Assembly (NCBI GenBank): GCA_964016885.1 | Contig: OZ024740.1 | Coordinates: forward strand, 331,948,001-332,012,000 | Reading direction: 5' to 3' | From: Eledone cirrhosa | Lineage: Eukaryota | DNA: 64,000 nucleotides | Shown: in pieces, positions 37,861 to 51,379 of the stretch | How positions within the stretch are numbered: the stretch's first letter is position 1 | Layout of the letters: every line of letters starts with the position of its first letter | The notes under the pieces: generated by a model | Seen by the model: only the letters and a program-made list of their open reading frames with translations | Databases searched by the model: none | Told to the model about the DNA's origin: nothing | Translations under genes and position numbers: made by a program

Positions 37861-39990
37861 TATAACATCCCTCCACCCGAAACTGACAACCATGTTCAAT
37901 GACTGCTTGATGTCAGGTGAGGTAGCAGAGTGGTTGACAAAAGGTACCACAGTTCTGGTAATGAAAGATCAAATCAAGGGTAATGATGTTACCAACTATA
38001 GACCTATCACATGTCTGCTCGTAATGTTGAAACTGTTGACAAGCATTGTGTCTGAGGAAATCTACCATCACCTCCACACAAACAACTTGTTACCGGACGA
38101 ACAGAAAGGATGCTGAAAGAAGTCCCGTGGTACAAAGGACCAGTTACTTATTGATAAGATGGTAATGAGGAATTGCTATGGGATGGATAGACTACAAAAA
38201 GGCATTTGACATGGTGCCTCATTCTTGGATCACCAAAAGCCTATATTTCTTCAAGGTGGCAGATAACATCAGACAGTTGTTGAGCAAAAAGTATGAAGTC
38301 CTGGAAAACAGAGTTAACATCAACTGGAGATTCCTTGGGAGGCGTGAAGATCAAGAGAGGTATCTTCCAGGGAGACAGTCTGTCCCCTCTGTTCTTTGTC
38401 CTTGCCCTGCTGCCCTGCCCATTATACTACGAAAAGTGAGAGCAGGATACAAGTTGGGAAAGGGAGAGCTTACCATCAATCACCTCCTCTTCATGGACGA
38501 TCTTAAGCTCTTCGGGAAGAGTGAGAAGGAGTTGGATGTGTTTGTTGACACTGTTCGTATTTTCAGCAATGATATATGTATGCAATTTGGTATTAGTAAG
38601 TGTGGAGTCCTTGAATTGAAGAGGGGTAAATTAAGCAGAAGCAACGAAATCCAAGTACCAACAGGTGAGATGATAAAGGAAATTGACACGGAAGAAGGAT
38701 ACAAGTATTTGGGTGTTCTGGAGGCTGATGACATCAAGAACAAAAAAATGAAGGAATTGATAAGATCTGAATCCGTTCGGAGAGTAAGGAGCGTATTAAA
38801 ATCACATCTGAACAGTAGGAATGCCATAAGTGCAGTACATTCCCGAGCTGTGTCTATTATTACGTACAGTGCGGGAATTCTGAGATGGAATGTTGCTGAA
38901 CAAAAAGAAATGGATAGGAAGACTAGGAAGCTATTAACTATCTGCAACATGTTCCACAAAAGGAGTGATGTCGATAGACTCTACTTAAGGAGATCTGAAG
39001 GTGGAAGAGGTTTTATCAGCATAGAGGACTGTGTTCAGATGGAGAAAACCAACCTACACAAATACGTGACTGATAGTAAGGAGCCAATGCTCAGAATTGT
39101 ACTGAAGGAGAGCACAATAGACAAGGGGATGTCCAAGGAGGAAATAACAACGAGGAAAAATAGCAGCCTTCATGAAAAATCCCTTCATAGTACCTTCTTT
39201 GAGAACACTGAATTCAGAGATCCACAGACATGGAACTGGTTGAAAAGCGGAAACCTTAAAAAGGCTACAGAAGGAATGCTAATGGCTGCGCAAGAGCAAG
39301 CCCTCAAAATGAAGTGGCTGAAACACCATATTTACTAGTCCACTGTGCAGGATCTGTGGAGAGAGGAGACTGTGGCTCACATTGTATCCGAGTGTAAACA
39401 CCTAGCCCAGACTCACTATAAGGGCTGGAGACATGATATGATGGGCAGGGTGATCCACTGGCACCTATGCAAAGTAAACAATTTACCACATTCTGAGAAG
39501 TGGTATGAGCATAAGCCAGAGTCGGTGATAGAAAAGGATCAGGTGAATGTGCTGTGGGATTTTATGATACAGCGGACAAGAAACTGGAACACAATAGACC
39601 TGACCTGGTGGTTTTGGACAAGGAAAAAAGATCGTGCCTGATTGTGAATGTGGCCTGCCGATTCGACACGAGAGTGCAAGAGAAGGAGAGGGAGAAAATT
39701 AAACGATATCAGGACTTAAAGTGGGAGGTAAACAGGATTTGGAACTGCCATGAAGTCAATGTGGTCCCGATTGTCATAGGCGCACTAGGTACTATCTCAA
39801 AAGGTTTCCAGGGATGGTTAAAGAAAATTGGCCCACCCCGCTTTTTGGAACACTTCAAAAGGCATGCTTTCTGGGAACAGCAAGAACCCTCCGATACGTC
39901 CTGAATATCTGAGGCTGCAGGTAGTGGCTTGATATTCATTTCAACAAACTTTCCAGTTAACAAACATCAATGACTGAGACTCAAAGAGCA
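37861..39990 (+). mobile_element. R4/Dong-type element, 5'-truncated copy 2
   Basis: Closely matches 29960-32130; (AAT)n on both flanks. Confidence 0.92.
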
Positions 39991-40112
39991 ATAATAATAA
40001 TAATTGTTTCTACTTTAGGCACAAGGCCAGCAATCACTCAGTACCTTACTGGTACTTTATTTTATCGACCCCGTAAGAATGAAAGGCAAAGTCAACCTCG
40101 GCGGGATTTGAA
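39991..40112 (-). mobile_element. 5'-truncated SINE inside the (AAT)n tail of the Dong copy
   Basis: SINE tail and core as far as the B box. Confidence 0.88.
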
Positions 40113-40113
40113 C

Positions 40114-40161
<48 letters not shown>

Positions 40162-40165
<4 letters not shown>

Positions 40166-40838
40166 TCTACAAGGAGGAGGCTAGCCCACTGTGCAGGATC
40201 TGTGGAGAGAGAGAGGAGACTGTGGCTCACATTGTGTCCGAGTGTAAACACCTAGCCCAGACCCACTATAAGGGCTGGAGACACGATGTGATGGGCAGGG
40301 TGATCCACTGGCACCTGTGCAAAGTAAACAATCTACCACATTCTGAGAAATGGTATGAGCATAGGCCAGAGGTGGTGATGGAGAACAGTCAGGTGAAGGT
40401 GCTGTGGGATTTTAGGATACAGACGGACAAAAAACTGGAACACAATAGACCTGACCTGGTGGTTGTGGACAAAGAAAAAAGATCGTGCCTGATTGTGGAT
40501 GTGGCCTGCCCGTTCGAAACGAGAGTGCAAGAGAAGGAGAGGGAGAAAATTAACCGATACCAGGACCTAAAGTGGGAGGTGAAAAGGATTTGGAACTGCC
40601 ATGAAGTCAAAGTGATCCCGATTGTCATAGGCGCACTGGGGACTATCTCCAAAGGTTTCCAGGGATGGTTAAAGAAAATCGGCCCCTTCACGCTTTTTGG
40701 AACGCTTCAAAAGGCATGCTTGCTTGGAACGGCAAGAACCCTCCGATACGTCCTGAATATCTGAGGCTGCAGGTAGTGGCTTGATATTCAATCCAACGGA
40801 CTTTCCAGTTAACCAACATCAATGACTGAGATTCAAGG
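40162..40838 (+). mobile_element. R4/Dong-type element, 3' fragment (copy 3) with intact REL domain
   Basis: CRICG...HIVSEC, RHD, RPDLVVVD, IVDVACP, KINRYQDL, open to the stop at 40764; (AAT)n flanks. Confidence 0.92.
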
Positions 40839-40868
40839 AATAACAATAACAATAATAATAATAATAAT

Positions 40869-41240
40869 GCTTTCTTTATTAAACACAAGGGTTTACACAA
40901 AGTAGACATTAAGGACAGTACACGACAATACAGGACGGTACAAAAGGGCCTTTCTGCGTGTAAAAAACCAAAAAACCAGAGGATGTAATAATAGAACGAT
41001 GAAAAAGTTCCCCAATAGGGGGGAGACTTCCGAGGGATATTCGTGGAGAAAGCCCATTAAAAAGCCACAGTTATCTGACCACCAGGGCAAATGCCCTCTC
41101 CCAGTTTTCCACCTTTAATTTACAGACACATACTCATAATAATAATAATAATAATAATAATAATGCTTTCTTTATTAACCACAAAGGGTTTACATAAAGT
41201 AGACATTAAGGACAGTACAGGACAATACAGGACGGTACAA
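40869..41240 (-). mobile_element. Two Tx1-type 3'-end fragments (40869-41125 and 41165-41240) with (ATT)n tails
   Basis: Homologous to each other and to 44345-44640, which continues into Tx1 ORF2 sequence. AATAAA lies just before the tail. Confidence 0.75.
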
Positions 41241-41254
41241 ATTAATAATAATAA

Positions 41255-44200
41255 GATCCAGAACTCCAAACAGAACCAAAAAATAATGCACAAGACTAAC
41301 ATAATTCTCAAAAACATTATCATCACAAACAAACTAAACATTACTGATTTACATCATCTCTATTATGCATCGGCTAAAGTTACCACTCACTTATGTGGAG
41401 TGAAAATGAAAAAAACAAAGGAATTCCCGCAAGAAACCTACTTGGCAAGAGAACATCAATCGCCAAATAAACCTTCTCCGATCTGACATAGACATTTTAA
41501 CAAACTACAAAGTAGGTGAACATGTAAAATAAACTAAACTTAGAAAATTGAAAAGAAAATACAGTATAAAATCAACAAGTGACATAGTCATGCTGGTAGA
41601 AATAATCAAGCAAAAAGTGTCGGCCAAAGCTGCTCGTATAAGGCGCTTTGAAAAACGATTTAGATTCTATAAGGACAATAATATGTTCAAAAACAACCAA
41701 AGAAACTTCTACAGAAAAATTGGCTAGTCAACAGTAACTGCTAAATCAATACCACCAAAGGAGGAAGTGCAAGAATTCTGGGAAAAGATCTTGGCCGAAG
41801 AAAAAGTTCATAATATACATAACCCATGGATAGACAGACAAATGAAAGATACAGCTCACCCTGAGGAACAAATATGGGAAAATATAACAGTTGAACAGTT
41901 GCGTTTGGTTCTTAGAAAAACCAGCAAATGGAAATCCCAGGAATAGACAAAATACCCAATTTTTTGATAATTGCCTTCACAGAGTCTCATGAGCAGTTAA
42001 CCCAACTTTACAATGAAATAGTTAAGGAGCCAGAAAAGATACCATCATGGCTAGTTAACGGCATTACATTCCTGCTTCCGAAGAATGATGAGACAAACAA
42101 TCCAAAAATTACAGACCGATAACTTGCTTGACCACAATGTATAAAATGTTAACATCAGTGCTAACTGAATATACATTTGACCACCTGATAACAAATGATC
42201 TATTTCCCAATGAGCAGAAAGGGTGTAAGCGCGGCTCATATGGCTGTAAGGATTAACTTTTGATTAACAAAATGATACTGGAAGATTGTCATAATAGACA
42301 CAAAAATATATCAATTGCTTGGATAGATTATAAAAAAGCATTCGATAGTTTACCACACAGTTGGATTGAAAAATGTTTAGAGATTTTCAAAATATCTCCC
42401 GTTGTCAGGAGGTTTTTGTCATTCAGTATGAAGACATTGAAAACGACACTCCTTTTGAATAGTGAAACAAAATCACTGGAAGCTGGAGAAGTTTATATTA
42501 ATCGTGGAATTTTTCAGGGTGACTCTTTATCACCGCTTTTATTCTGCATCGCACTTATACCATTAAGTAAAATGCTCAATGCAACAAAACATGGATATAG
42601 AGTCTATGACAAAACCATTAATCACTTGTTCTACATGGATGACCTGAAACTATTTGCAAAAAATGATGAACAATTGCAAGGGCTATTATCCACTGTGGAG
42701 CAGTTCAGTGATGACATTAAAATGGAGTTTGGACTAGATAAATGCGCCAAAGCAACGTTCACCAGAGGAAAGCTGCTGAAAAGTTCAGACATTAATCTTG
42801 ATCGGGGGAATGTGATAAGAGAACTTGATCAAGAGGAAACTTACAAATATCTAGGTGTTTGTGAAAGAGACGGATTCAAGCACTCGACAATGAGGGAAAG
42901 GATAAGGAAGGAATGTTACCGCAGAGTAAGAGCAACCTTAAGAACGGAATTAAATGCAAGGAATAGGATCGATGCCATAAACACGCTTGCCATGCCAGTA
43001 GTAACCTACAGTTACAATGTCATCAACTGGTCAAGCACAGAGATCCTTAGGCTCGATACAAACATTAGAAAATTCTTAACCATGCACAGAATGCATCACC
43101 TGAAGGCAGATACAGATAGAATATATCTCCCTAGTAAAGAAGGAGGACGTGGGTTAATCCAGTTAGATATTGCGTTGAAAACTGCAACAATTGGATTATC
43201 TACATATCTAAGGGAATCACATGATTGGATGATCAAACTCGTTTTGAAACACGAAAGATCATACTCCATTACAAAAGTTGCACAAAGATACAGTAATGGA
43301 CTACACATTTCAGAAGTCCCATTTACTGCTGAAATGGAAAACACAAAAAAAGCCAAGCAGGTAAAAGTAACTGCAAAGAAAGAACTGCTACAGAAACAGG
43401 CTAAGAAATGGCAAGAGATGCCTCTGTATGGAAAATACCCAGAAAGAGCTAACAATCGTGATGCTGACACAACTTTAACCCATCAGTGGCTGGCATCCTC
43501 TGGACTGAAATCGGAGACTGAAGGACTGATTATATCAGCACAAGATCAGTGTCTGCCAACAGAAAAATACCAAGCCAACATTATAAAAAATGGATGCAAC
43601 CCATTATGCCGTGTATGTAAAAAACAACCAGAGACCATTGATCATATAATTTCAATGTGCAGTCCTATAGCTCCAACCGAATACCTAAACAGGCATGACA
43701 GAGCTTCACAATTCATACATTGGATAATGTGTAAGCATTTTGACCTGCCCCATCAAAAGAATTGGTGGGAGCATCAACCACCTCCAATACTTGAAAAATA
43801 TCACATCTCAATCTTGTAGAACTTTAGCATCCAAACAGACCGAAAAATAAATGCAAACAGACCTGATATAATACTGAAGGACTTTAAAAAGCGGGTATGC
43901 CTGCTAATTGACATGTCCGTTTCAATAGACAAGAATGTATCTATAAAAACATTTGAAAAATTGAGCAAGAAATAAGGACCTGGAGATAGAAATTAGAAAA
44001 ATGTGGAAATTGAGAACTAAAACAATACCAGTAGTTGTAGGCGCTCTAGCAATGATACCTAAGTGGTCTAATGATTACTAATCGCAAATCCAAGGAAACC
44101 CGCGTATAGGAGAAATACAAAAGATAATGCTAATGGGAACTGCCCATATACTAAGGAAGATTCTGTCAATATAAGTACATCACAAGTCTAAACACCTAAA

Positions 44201-44320
44201 GATGCATGTGTGTGTATGTATGTTCTTTCTTGAACATGACGGACCTTGTTGTCTCTTGAGGTCATTGGTTGTAACTTGGTGATAACTCGTATGAACATAA
44301 AGAAAGATAAATGCAACTGT
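41255..44320 (+). mobile_element. Second R4/Dong-type family, decayed
   Basis: ORF 42260..43819: WIDYKKAFDSLPHSW, RGIFQGDSLSPLLF, FYMDDLKL, CRVCKKQPETIDHIISMC, RHD; downstream NRPDIIL; (AAT)n tail. Confidence 0.92.
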
Positions 44321-44344
44321 AATAATAATAATAATAATAATAAT

Positions 44345-45672
44345 ATTTTTTTATTGGCCATAATGGCAGACATCAAGAAAAACATTCCAGACAGCACAGG
44401 ACGGTACAGGACGGTACGATGTGGATTTTTTGCGTGTAAAGATTTTTATTATTTATATAAGAAAAGAAAAAAGAAGACATAGAAACATATATATATATAT
44501 AAACAATAAAAATGAAAATTGAAACAATGAAAAATTCCCCAATAGGGGGAAACCTCCGAGGGTTATTCGTGGCGAAAACCACACAAGAGATCACGGCCAC
44601 CCTGACCACTAGGGCAAGCGCCCTCTCTCAATATTTCTATTTCTCAAACTACAGGCGTATATTCAGAGCGGACCATTTTCTCTATTCACTCGGACCATTC
44701 TCGCTACATTCACCATACCTTTCAACAAACTTGCTAGAAGACAGCACTTGCCACTCCACCCTGATTTTCCTCTTCAAGTGAAACTTGAAAAAGTTAATTA
44801 GGGATTCGCCGAAGAGGAAAGTGTCCACCACACAATCTCTTTCGCCATGGCCACCAGGCTGATGAAAACGGCCTGCCCTTCCTCCTCGAAGGAAGACCGC
44901 GAGACCATCTGCACAATGAACTCAGTCGATAACCGCATCAGTCCTACACGCGACAGCAACTGTTTGACTTAGCTCCACAAGTCAGAAATGCTCCGGCACT
45001 GAACGAGTGAGTGCACGACGGTTTCGTCACTCTGCACGCATCTCGGACAGGCTCAGCTGACGGCACTTCCGTGCCTGTAGAGCTTATCTCGAACCGGTAG
45101 CACTCGATTGATCTAAATTGATCAGAGCCTACCGATACCAGCTTTACACCCTCCTTATGGTGTATCCAATAAGGTAGAGGTTGTCGTGTATAGACCTGGT
45201 CGTGTTTGCGCAAGTTTGCGCTTCTTCTACCAAATCCTCGACAACAAGTACGAACCCCTTCGCTAAAACCTTGGTTAAAATCTTAAACTCTGTATTTAGC
45301 AGAGTTATGGGCCTGAAGTTGTCTAATATGTCCATCTTGTTCTCGTCGTTCCTTATCAGCGTCACTACGCTCCGGCTCACATGACTGGGACTACTCCCGT
45401 TCTACAGCCAGTTGCAGAAGATAATTCGAGGATATCGGAGAACAAGTCTGTCATATCTACGTAAAGCTCGTAGTGCAGACCATCCAAACCGGGTGACTTG
45501 CGCCTCATGCGGCCGACTAGGGCATCCCGAATTTTCGCTGAAGTCATCGGCCTTTCGCAGCGTTCAGGATCGGCAATCGAGAGACCAGGTAGGCTGTCGA
45601 AGTTGGGACTGAAGTCTGCCTCCGTCTCCAACCCGCTACTCATCTCCCAAACAGCCGAGCAAAGTGCTTGCG
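44345..45672 (-). mobile_element. Tx1-type LINE 3' fragment with internal deletions
   Basis: KSPGLDGLHYELY and NFRPITLLNTEFKILTK; 44760-45100 is homologous to 32135-32500; (ATT)n tail. Confidence 0.88.
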
Positions 45673-46474
45673 CACACACACACATACAACAGTAAACCTA
45701 ACAGATTTTACTTTTCAAGACACTGGGACATGAACTGAAGTCACACACATCTACCGACTTCTCCCCTTCGACACAACCACACAACCACACCCATTCTACC
45801 CTACCTTCCATCCTAGCTAACCGCCATGTATATATATATCTAATGTATATTTTGAAATGGGTGGTGGTTGAAATTCAGTTGTGCACGGTTAAATGGTAGT
45901 AGACGTGGTCGGATGGACATGAAAATGTACACACCTATGTAAAAAGTGGCAAGGAAGCAAATAGACGAGGTTTCAAATCTCTAACTTTAAAAATGTGGTC
46001 TCTGGGGCCCCAAAACGGTCTATAATTATCGCGTTCGGTGAGTTATTTCCCCCTGTTCTAATACTTGGATGAGTTATTTACAATTTCATACAAATAAAGC
46101 AGTAAATAAAGGATTATGAGTTCATGCAATTGACTTATGTTTCGTCACTATATATATATATATATATAATATAAAAACGCTTTAATAAAAAAAAAAATCA
46201 ACTGTATTGTATGTATGCATGTATGTATGTGTTTATATGAGCGGGGATATGCAAGTAAATCTTACTTTGTGGACAGCTGCCCCTTAGCATAATATTCATG
46301 CTTGAACAGCATATATTTGAAAGTTTTCAGAGAGTTGAATTACAGATTTTGGATCGGCAGCTTTAGCTTTGTAAAAATGAAATGTGCAGTGTAAACATTT
46401 TTCATTATTCCTCCGGGGATGAATCTTCTCTGCCTTTTACCATCTCTTTCTTTCTCTCTGGAATAAATCAACCG

Positions 46475-46720
46475 TAGAAAGACCTAAAAAAATGGTTAGA
46501 TACACCATGACGCACTGTGCATCACGGTGGGGTTGAAAAGCAAACTCAGAACATGGCGTTGTGTGAGGGTGGCTCGCAGCCCAATGTTCCATGGCAGCAA
46601 AAGAAGGAGGAGGAGGAGGAGGAGGAGGAGAAGAAGAAGAAGAAGAAGAAGAAGAAGAAGAAGAAGAAGAAGAAGAAGAAGAAGAAGAAGAAGAAGAAGA
46701 AGAAGAAGAAGAAGAAGAAG
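46475..46720 (+). mobile_element. Probable RTE LINE 3' end with (GGA)n(GAA)n tail
   Basis: Degenerate RPKK-W and WRCV...AAQCS end motifs directly before the trinucleotide tail. Confidence 0.55.
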
Positions 46721-47309
46721 GTGTGAGCTGGAGGCCTATCAAATATGTAGGTTGTGTGTTAAATTGAAGGATTAGTAGAAACAATTCATGTATAGTTTTG
46801 TACTTTTCTTTTTGTCATTCATATATAAAAAAATCTACTATATAAATTGGAAGTGGTCGGACGGTGTATATGTAGGTGTAGTCGGATAAACGTCGAAACG
46901 GCTTGGTGGAATCCAGCGAAAATTTACACAGTTATACAGTATGACTCGAGGAGAAAATCGACGCAGAAAATCGATGAAACAGGAATTTCCCATTCAAATT
47001 GAACTGAGAGTAATCTGTGAACGCAGAGGTAAATATTTCGTGAAACGTTGCAACCGAACGAAAACAGGAAGACAATATTTTGGTTCGTGAAGACGTTCCC
47101 TGGCAATAAACGGGGAAAAGGCGAGGATAATACGTCGTTATGTGGAGCGTGAAGAACAATTTCATGCAAAGACAAGACCAAGTTTATGGTATAAATGGAG
47201 TCGTTAGACTAATATTCTATTTAAAATGACAGAATGATTTCTCCAGCCCCGGAGTTTAAGAATGATGTAAATAAAATTGAAAACGAAAATGACAGAGATT
47301 ATTAAAATA

Positions 47310-47899
47310 GTAAAAGTAAATAGTGAAGATTTAGGCCAGTTACATACGTATGCCCTGACGGACATACACATACATACGCACACACAAATACACACACACA
47401 CACACACACAAACACACATACACACACACACACGAACGCACGCACGCGCGTATGTATAAACCTGATGCATTTCTACAGTATTTTCACCAAACTTAAGACA
47501 TAGGTTACTTATGTACTCCGGATGGGCATGGGCACTGTCATTTTCCCAGATATTGTTTATAGCCCCCCCCCCCCCCCCCCCCAGCAGATAACCCCTTTAA
47601 CCACTTCCTTGGAGTCGACTGAAGCACTGCAGTGCAATGCAACAAAACGTCATAACTTCTGGAGTTCGCAACCGATGTTCACAAAACTTGACACATGGGC
47701 TACGTTTGTCCTACAGATGAATGTGAACTCTCAGAATTGGCACATATTGGGTAGGGGACCCCTGGGGGGCAGGAACCCCCTTTTGTAAAAAGCCGATGAT
47801 TTTGTAAAAGTATAGTTTTCGAAGCAGCACTGAAGTATTGACATAAATGGTATACACAACTGCTATTTAATATCCGAGCAACGCCGGGTACCTCTGCTA

Positions 47900-47900
<1 letters not shown>
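47310..47900 (+). mobile_element. Non-autonomous Helitron (5' end uncertain)
   Basis: 3' hairpin CCGAGC aac GCCGG followed by CTAG|T; internal microsatellite and repeated TTCAC.AAACTT motif. Confidence 0.65.
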
Positions 47901-47953
<53 letters not shown>

Positions 47954-48078
47954 AAAAAAGATGAATTCGAAAATGCAACTGGAGTCTTATTTTTTTAAAT
48001 ATATATTTATTTGGTTCCTTTACCGGTTTCGCAGTTCTTCTGCTTTTCAAAAATAGAATTGAGATGGAGGGTTTGTGG

Positions 48079-48119
<41 letters not shown>

Positions 48120-48172
48120 TTTTCTTTCCTAACCATCTCTAACTTCTCTTACGTGTCCCTCCTTAGCGAAAC

Positions 48173-48208
48173 TTCCCCGAAGAAGGACTTCTGTCCGAAA
48201 CGTCGAAA
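48173..48208 (+). ncRNA. Minimal hammerhead-like motif in a ~175-bp island between (TA)n tracts
   Basis: TTCC-CCGAAGA-A-GGAC ttct GTCC-GAAAC-GTC-GAA; palindromic ACGT stem III, weak stem I. Confidence 0.62.
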
Positions 48209-48290
48209 TCTTCTTCACTTACACCAAGTGGGAACCTAATATGACCTAATAAAATTTGCCTCCTGTGTTTTATTTGTTTCATTAAGTAAC

Positions 48291-48536
<246 letters not shown>

Positions 48537-49959
48537 AATATCAGTACGCATGGTGGTAGATCAAAATTGTTTAATTCAAGTTAGAAACTTCGATATACCA
48601 TTCATTACATAGTTGATAAATCTATTATTAACTAATAAGTATTCAACTGATTCTACATAGCCCAACCATCTGCAATCCACAGATATAACAACAAGGCCTC
48701 GAGATTGACTTTCTGTGAATAGAATTCAGTCATTCACATTCATTGTTACCATCTCAGTATCATCTACTTTTCAAGGGCATTAAACACTCAAAGACTCATC
48801 CCACTTTATTCTAAATAGATGCTGGATGCTGATATAGTAATCAATTGAAAGCATCGGAATAATGTAAAATAGACGATATTATTAATACGTTCTTATATGG
48901 ATTAAAATATCCTTTAGAATAGGAAGTGCAACAGGAAATGCCCGCTGTCTATTTATACTTTGAAACATTTCATAAATAAAGGCTATTCAATAATTTTCAA
49001 ACTATCCAATAGGGTTTTCAAACTAATGCCCCGACGACGTTCAAGGTAAATTTACTCGCAATACCAATATAAATATCCTGCTGGCAACAATGGAGTTGTG
49101 TTCGAGTAGACATATTGATTGATTCATTGCAATGTGACAATTACTTCTAGTTCGTATCACATTTAGTGCCAGAGGTCTTCCTGTAAGTGAAATCTTGTCT
49201 TATCTTGAATAATTACCAATTGAAGATTGTTTATTAACACTTGCAGCTAAATTCGCAAAGGTGGGCTAAAGGCCATAACTAATTTTCATATTTCATTATA
49301 AATATTGGAAAAGGAAAGGATCTTTAAATAATTCAAATATATGCATTGTAATATATATATTCGATTGTATATTGTATATGTAGACATTTATCTCTACTAT
49401 ATATATGTTTCTATGAATATGATACTCTGATTAAATTCGTGTTTCGGAGAAAGGGGAGCAAGTGCACTATTATAAATTGATATTACAAAACCTATAATTA
49501 ATCACTTAGATATATATAACTTCCCCTAAATGTTTGCGTGTTTTCACTTAATTTTGTTCTATTTGCTAAAATGAAACTCATTTAAAAAGGTTTTTTAGAT
49601 ACTTTTCCTTACTAAATCTTTTGGCAGTTAATAATTCGAATTTAATCGCCAATATTCCTACAATTACGAGCCAATTAAAAATATCCTGATGTGTCATTTA
49701 TCTTGGTATAAATAACAAGCAAGGAATGACAGCGAGTATTCAGAAAAATGGAGGCTCATATGCAAGATATTATTTTAAAATACAGTATTGTCATGGCTGC
49801 CATGCTTTGAACATAGGCTTTCGAAATTCTAGACGCAAAGCAATACAAAGCATTACAAAATCGAAGCTAAGACATATCAAACAGACACATCAGGCTTCTA
49901 AGTATAGCTTAAACATGCTAGATATTCCAACACAGAATCATAACAATACACAGAACTAC

Positions 49960-50330
49960 AACAGGAAACCTAATAGGAACCATGGGGTGGATTCTCCAAC
50001 TAAATCCCCACATACGTGTAACCTTCTATATAATACCAAGGTGAAGTTTCAACGATTGTACTGTCCGATTGGCTGAAGGCTGTGAGTGCTTGAAGACATT
50101 CATGTTTCCCAGCAGTTCTCCAATGTCTTCGCTTGACTCAGGACTGCAACTATGTCAAGGAGACGAGCTGTGCAATCACGTGCCTAGCAAACGGCGGCCA
50201 CATGTTTACTGTCAAAGTAAAGTTGGAGATAAGGTACCTCAGGGCACGATTGCATTATCAGCCACGGCATTCTCAGCCCTTCATCCACTGATTGTTGGAA
50301 CACCTGACCATTGGCACGCGTCAGATACAT
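49960..50330 (-). mobile_element. Old Tx1 ORF2 internal fragment
   Basis: Aligns by eye to 32570-32940 (CAGGACTGCA.CTA.GTCAAGGAGACGAGCTG...CTAGCAAACGGCG). Confidence 0.8.
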
Positions 50331-51089
50331 AAAGGTCTCAGTTATGTGTTGGGAAAATGCTTCGTGTAGAAGATTTGAGTAGAAATAAGGGAGCGTCAAA
50401 ATGGTAACATACTATCTTGATTGGTGGCCTTGAGTGGTGAATGTAGTTAAGCGTTCCAAAGTTTTAGTGGACCACTATTTTTTGTTGCATCAATAGAAGC
50501 AGTAAAATATAAACACATGTGTTTATGTGTATATGCGTGCATGTGAGTTCCGGTGCGTGTGTGTGTATGATTATACGTAGACACAGAACAATTACCCAGA
50601 CTCATGCATTAACGAATCTGAGAAAAAGCACACATTTACATATCAGAGAATGATCTATCCTTTACCCCACCATTCAGGAGTTGCATCACCATGCAGCCGT
50701 TTAGTCAGATAGAAAAAAAAATTGTTTGTGCTCTCTCTCTCTCTCCCTCTCCCTCTCTCTCTGTCTCTGTCTCTCTCTCTCTCTATCTATCTATATATAT
50801 ATATATCTATCTATTTATCTATTTCTCTTTCTCTCATCCTCTTTATATATATAGAGAGAGGGAGGAAAGATAGAGAAATGGATAAATAGATAGATAAATA
50901 GATATCTTTATTTATTTAGGTAGATAGATAAAAATATATTGTTATACTTTGGGAGGGTCATGTTGCCAATAAGAAACACACGCACCAGTTGCTTTCACTT
51001 CAATTTATTATAATAAATTTATAAACTTAGGAATTTATAAATTTCCGGTTGGTTGGTTGGTTCCACAACCAGATGGTTGTTTATATATT

Positions 51090-51132
51090 GTCAAAGTTCT
51101 TTCGTCACACATTTGATTACCTCTTCAGGGAC
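51090..51132 (-). ncRNA. Hammerhead motif in the 3' pLTR (damaged stems)
   Basis: GTCC-CTGAAGA-GGTAATCAAATGTGTGAC-GAAAG-AA-CTT-TGAC. Confidence 0.6.
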
Positions 51133-51379
51133 TGGGGATTCTTTTCCAAGTCTTTAGTGCCTCTCCTTTGTTCTGTCCTACGCCATCTTGTTTTTGTGTG
51201 TGTGTTGTGTGCTTAGTTTGCGTATGTGTTACATCCGGGTGTCTGTGTGTGTTTATATTCGTTTATTTATTTGTTTATTTACATGTTACTGGTTGGTTGT
51301 TTGTTCTATGTGCGTGTGTGTTTTCATTTTGTCCTTAATTGTAAGTTGCGATGTTGCTGTTCCACTGATGTTTTCTATT

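Noticed and set aside
46860-47200. CpG-rich promoter or first exon
   Set aside because: Compositional hint only; no recognisable motif or ORF.
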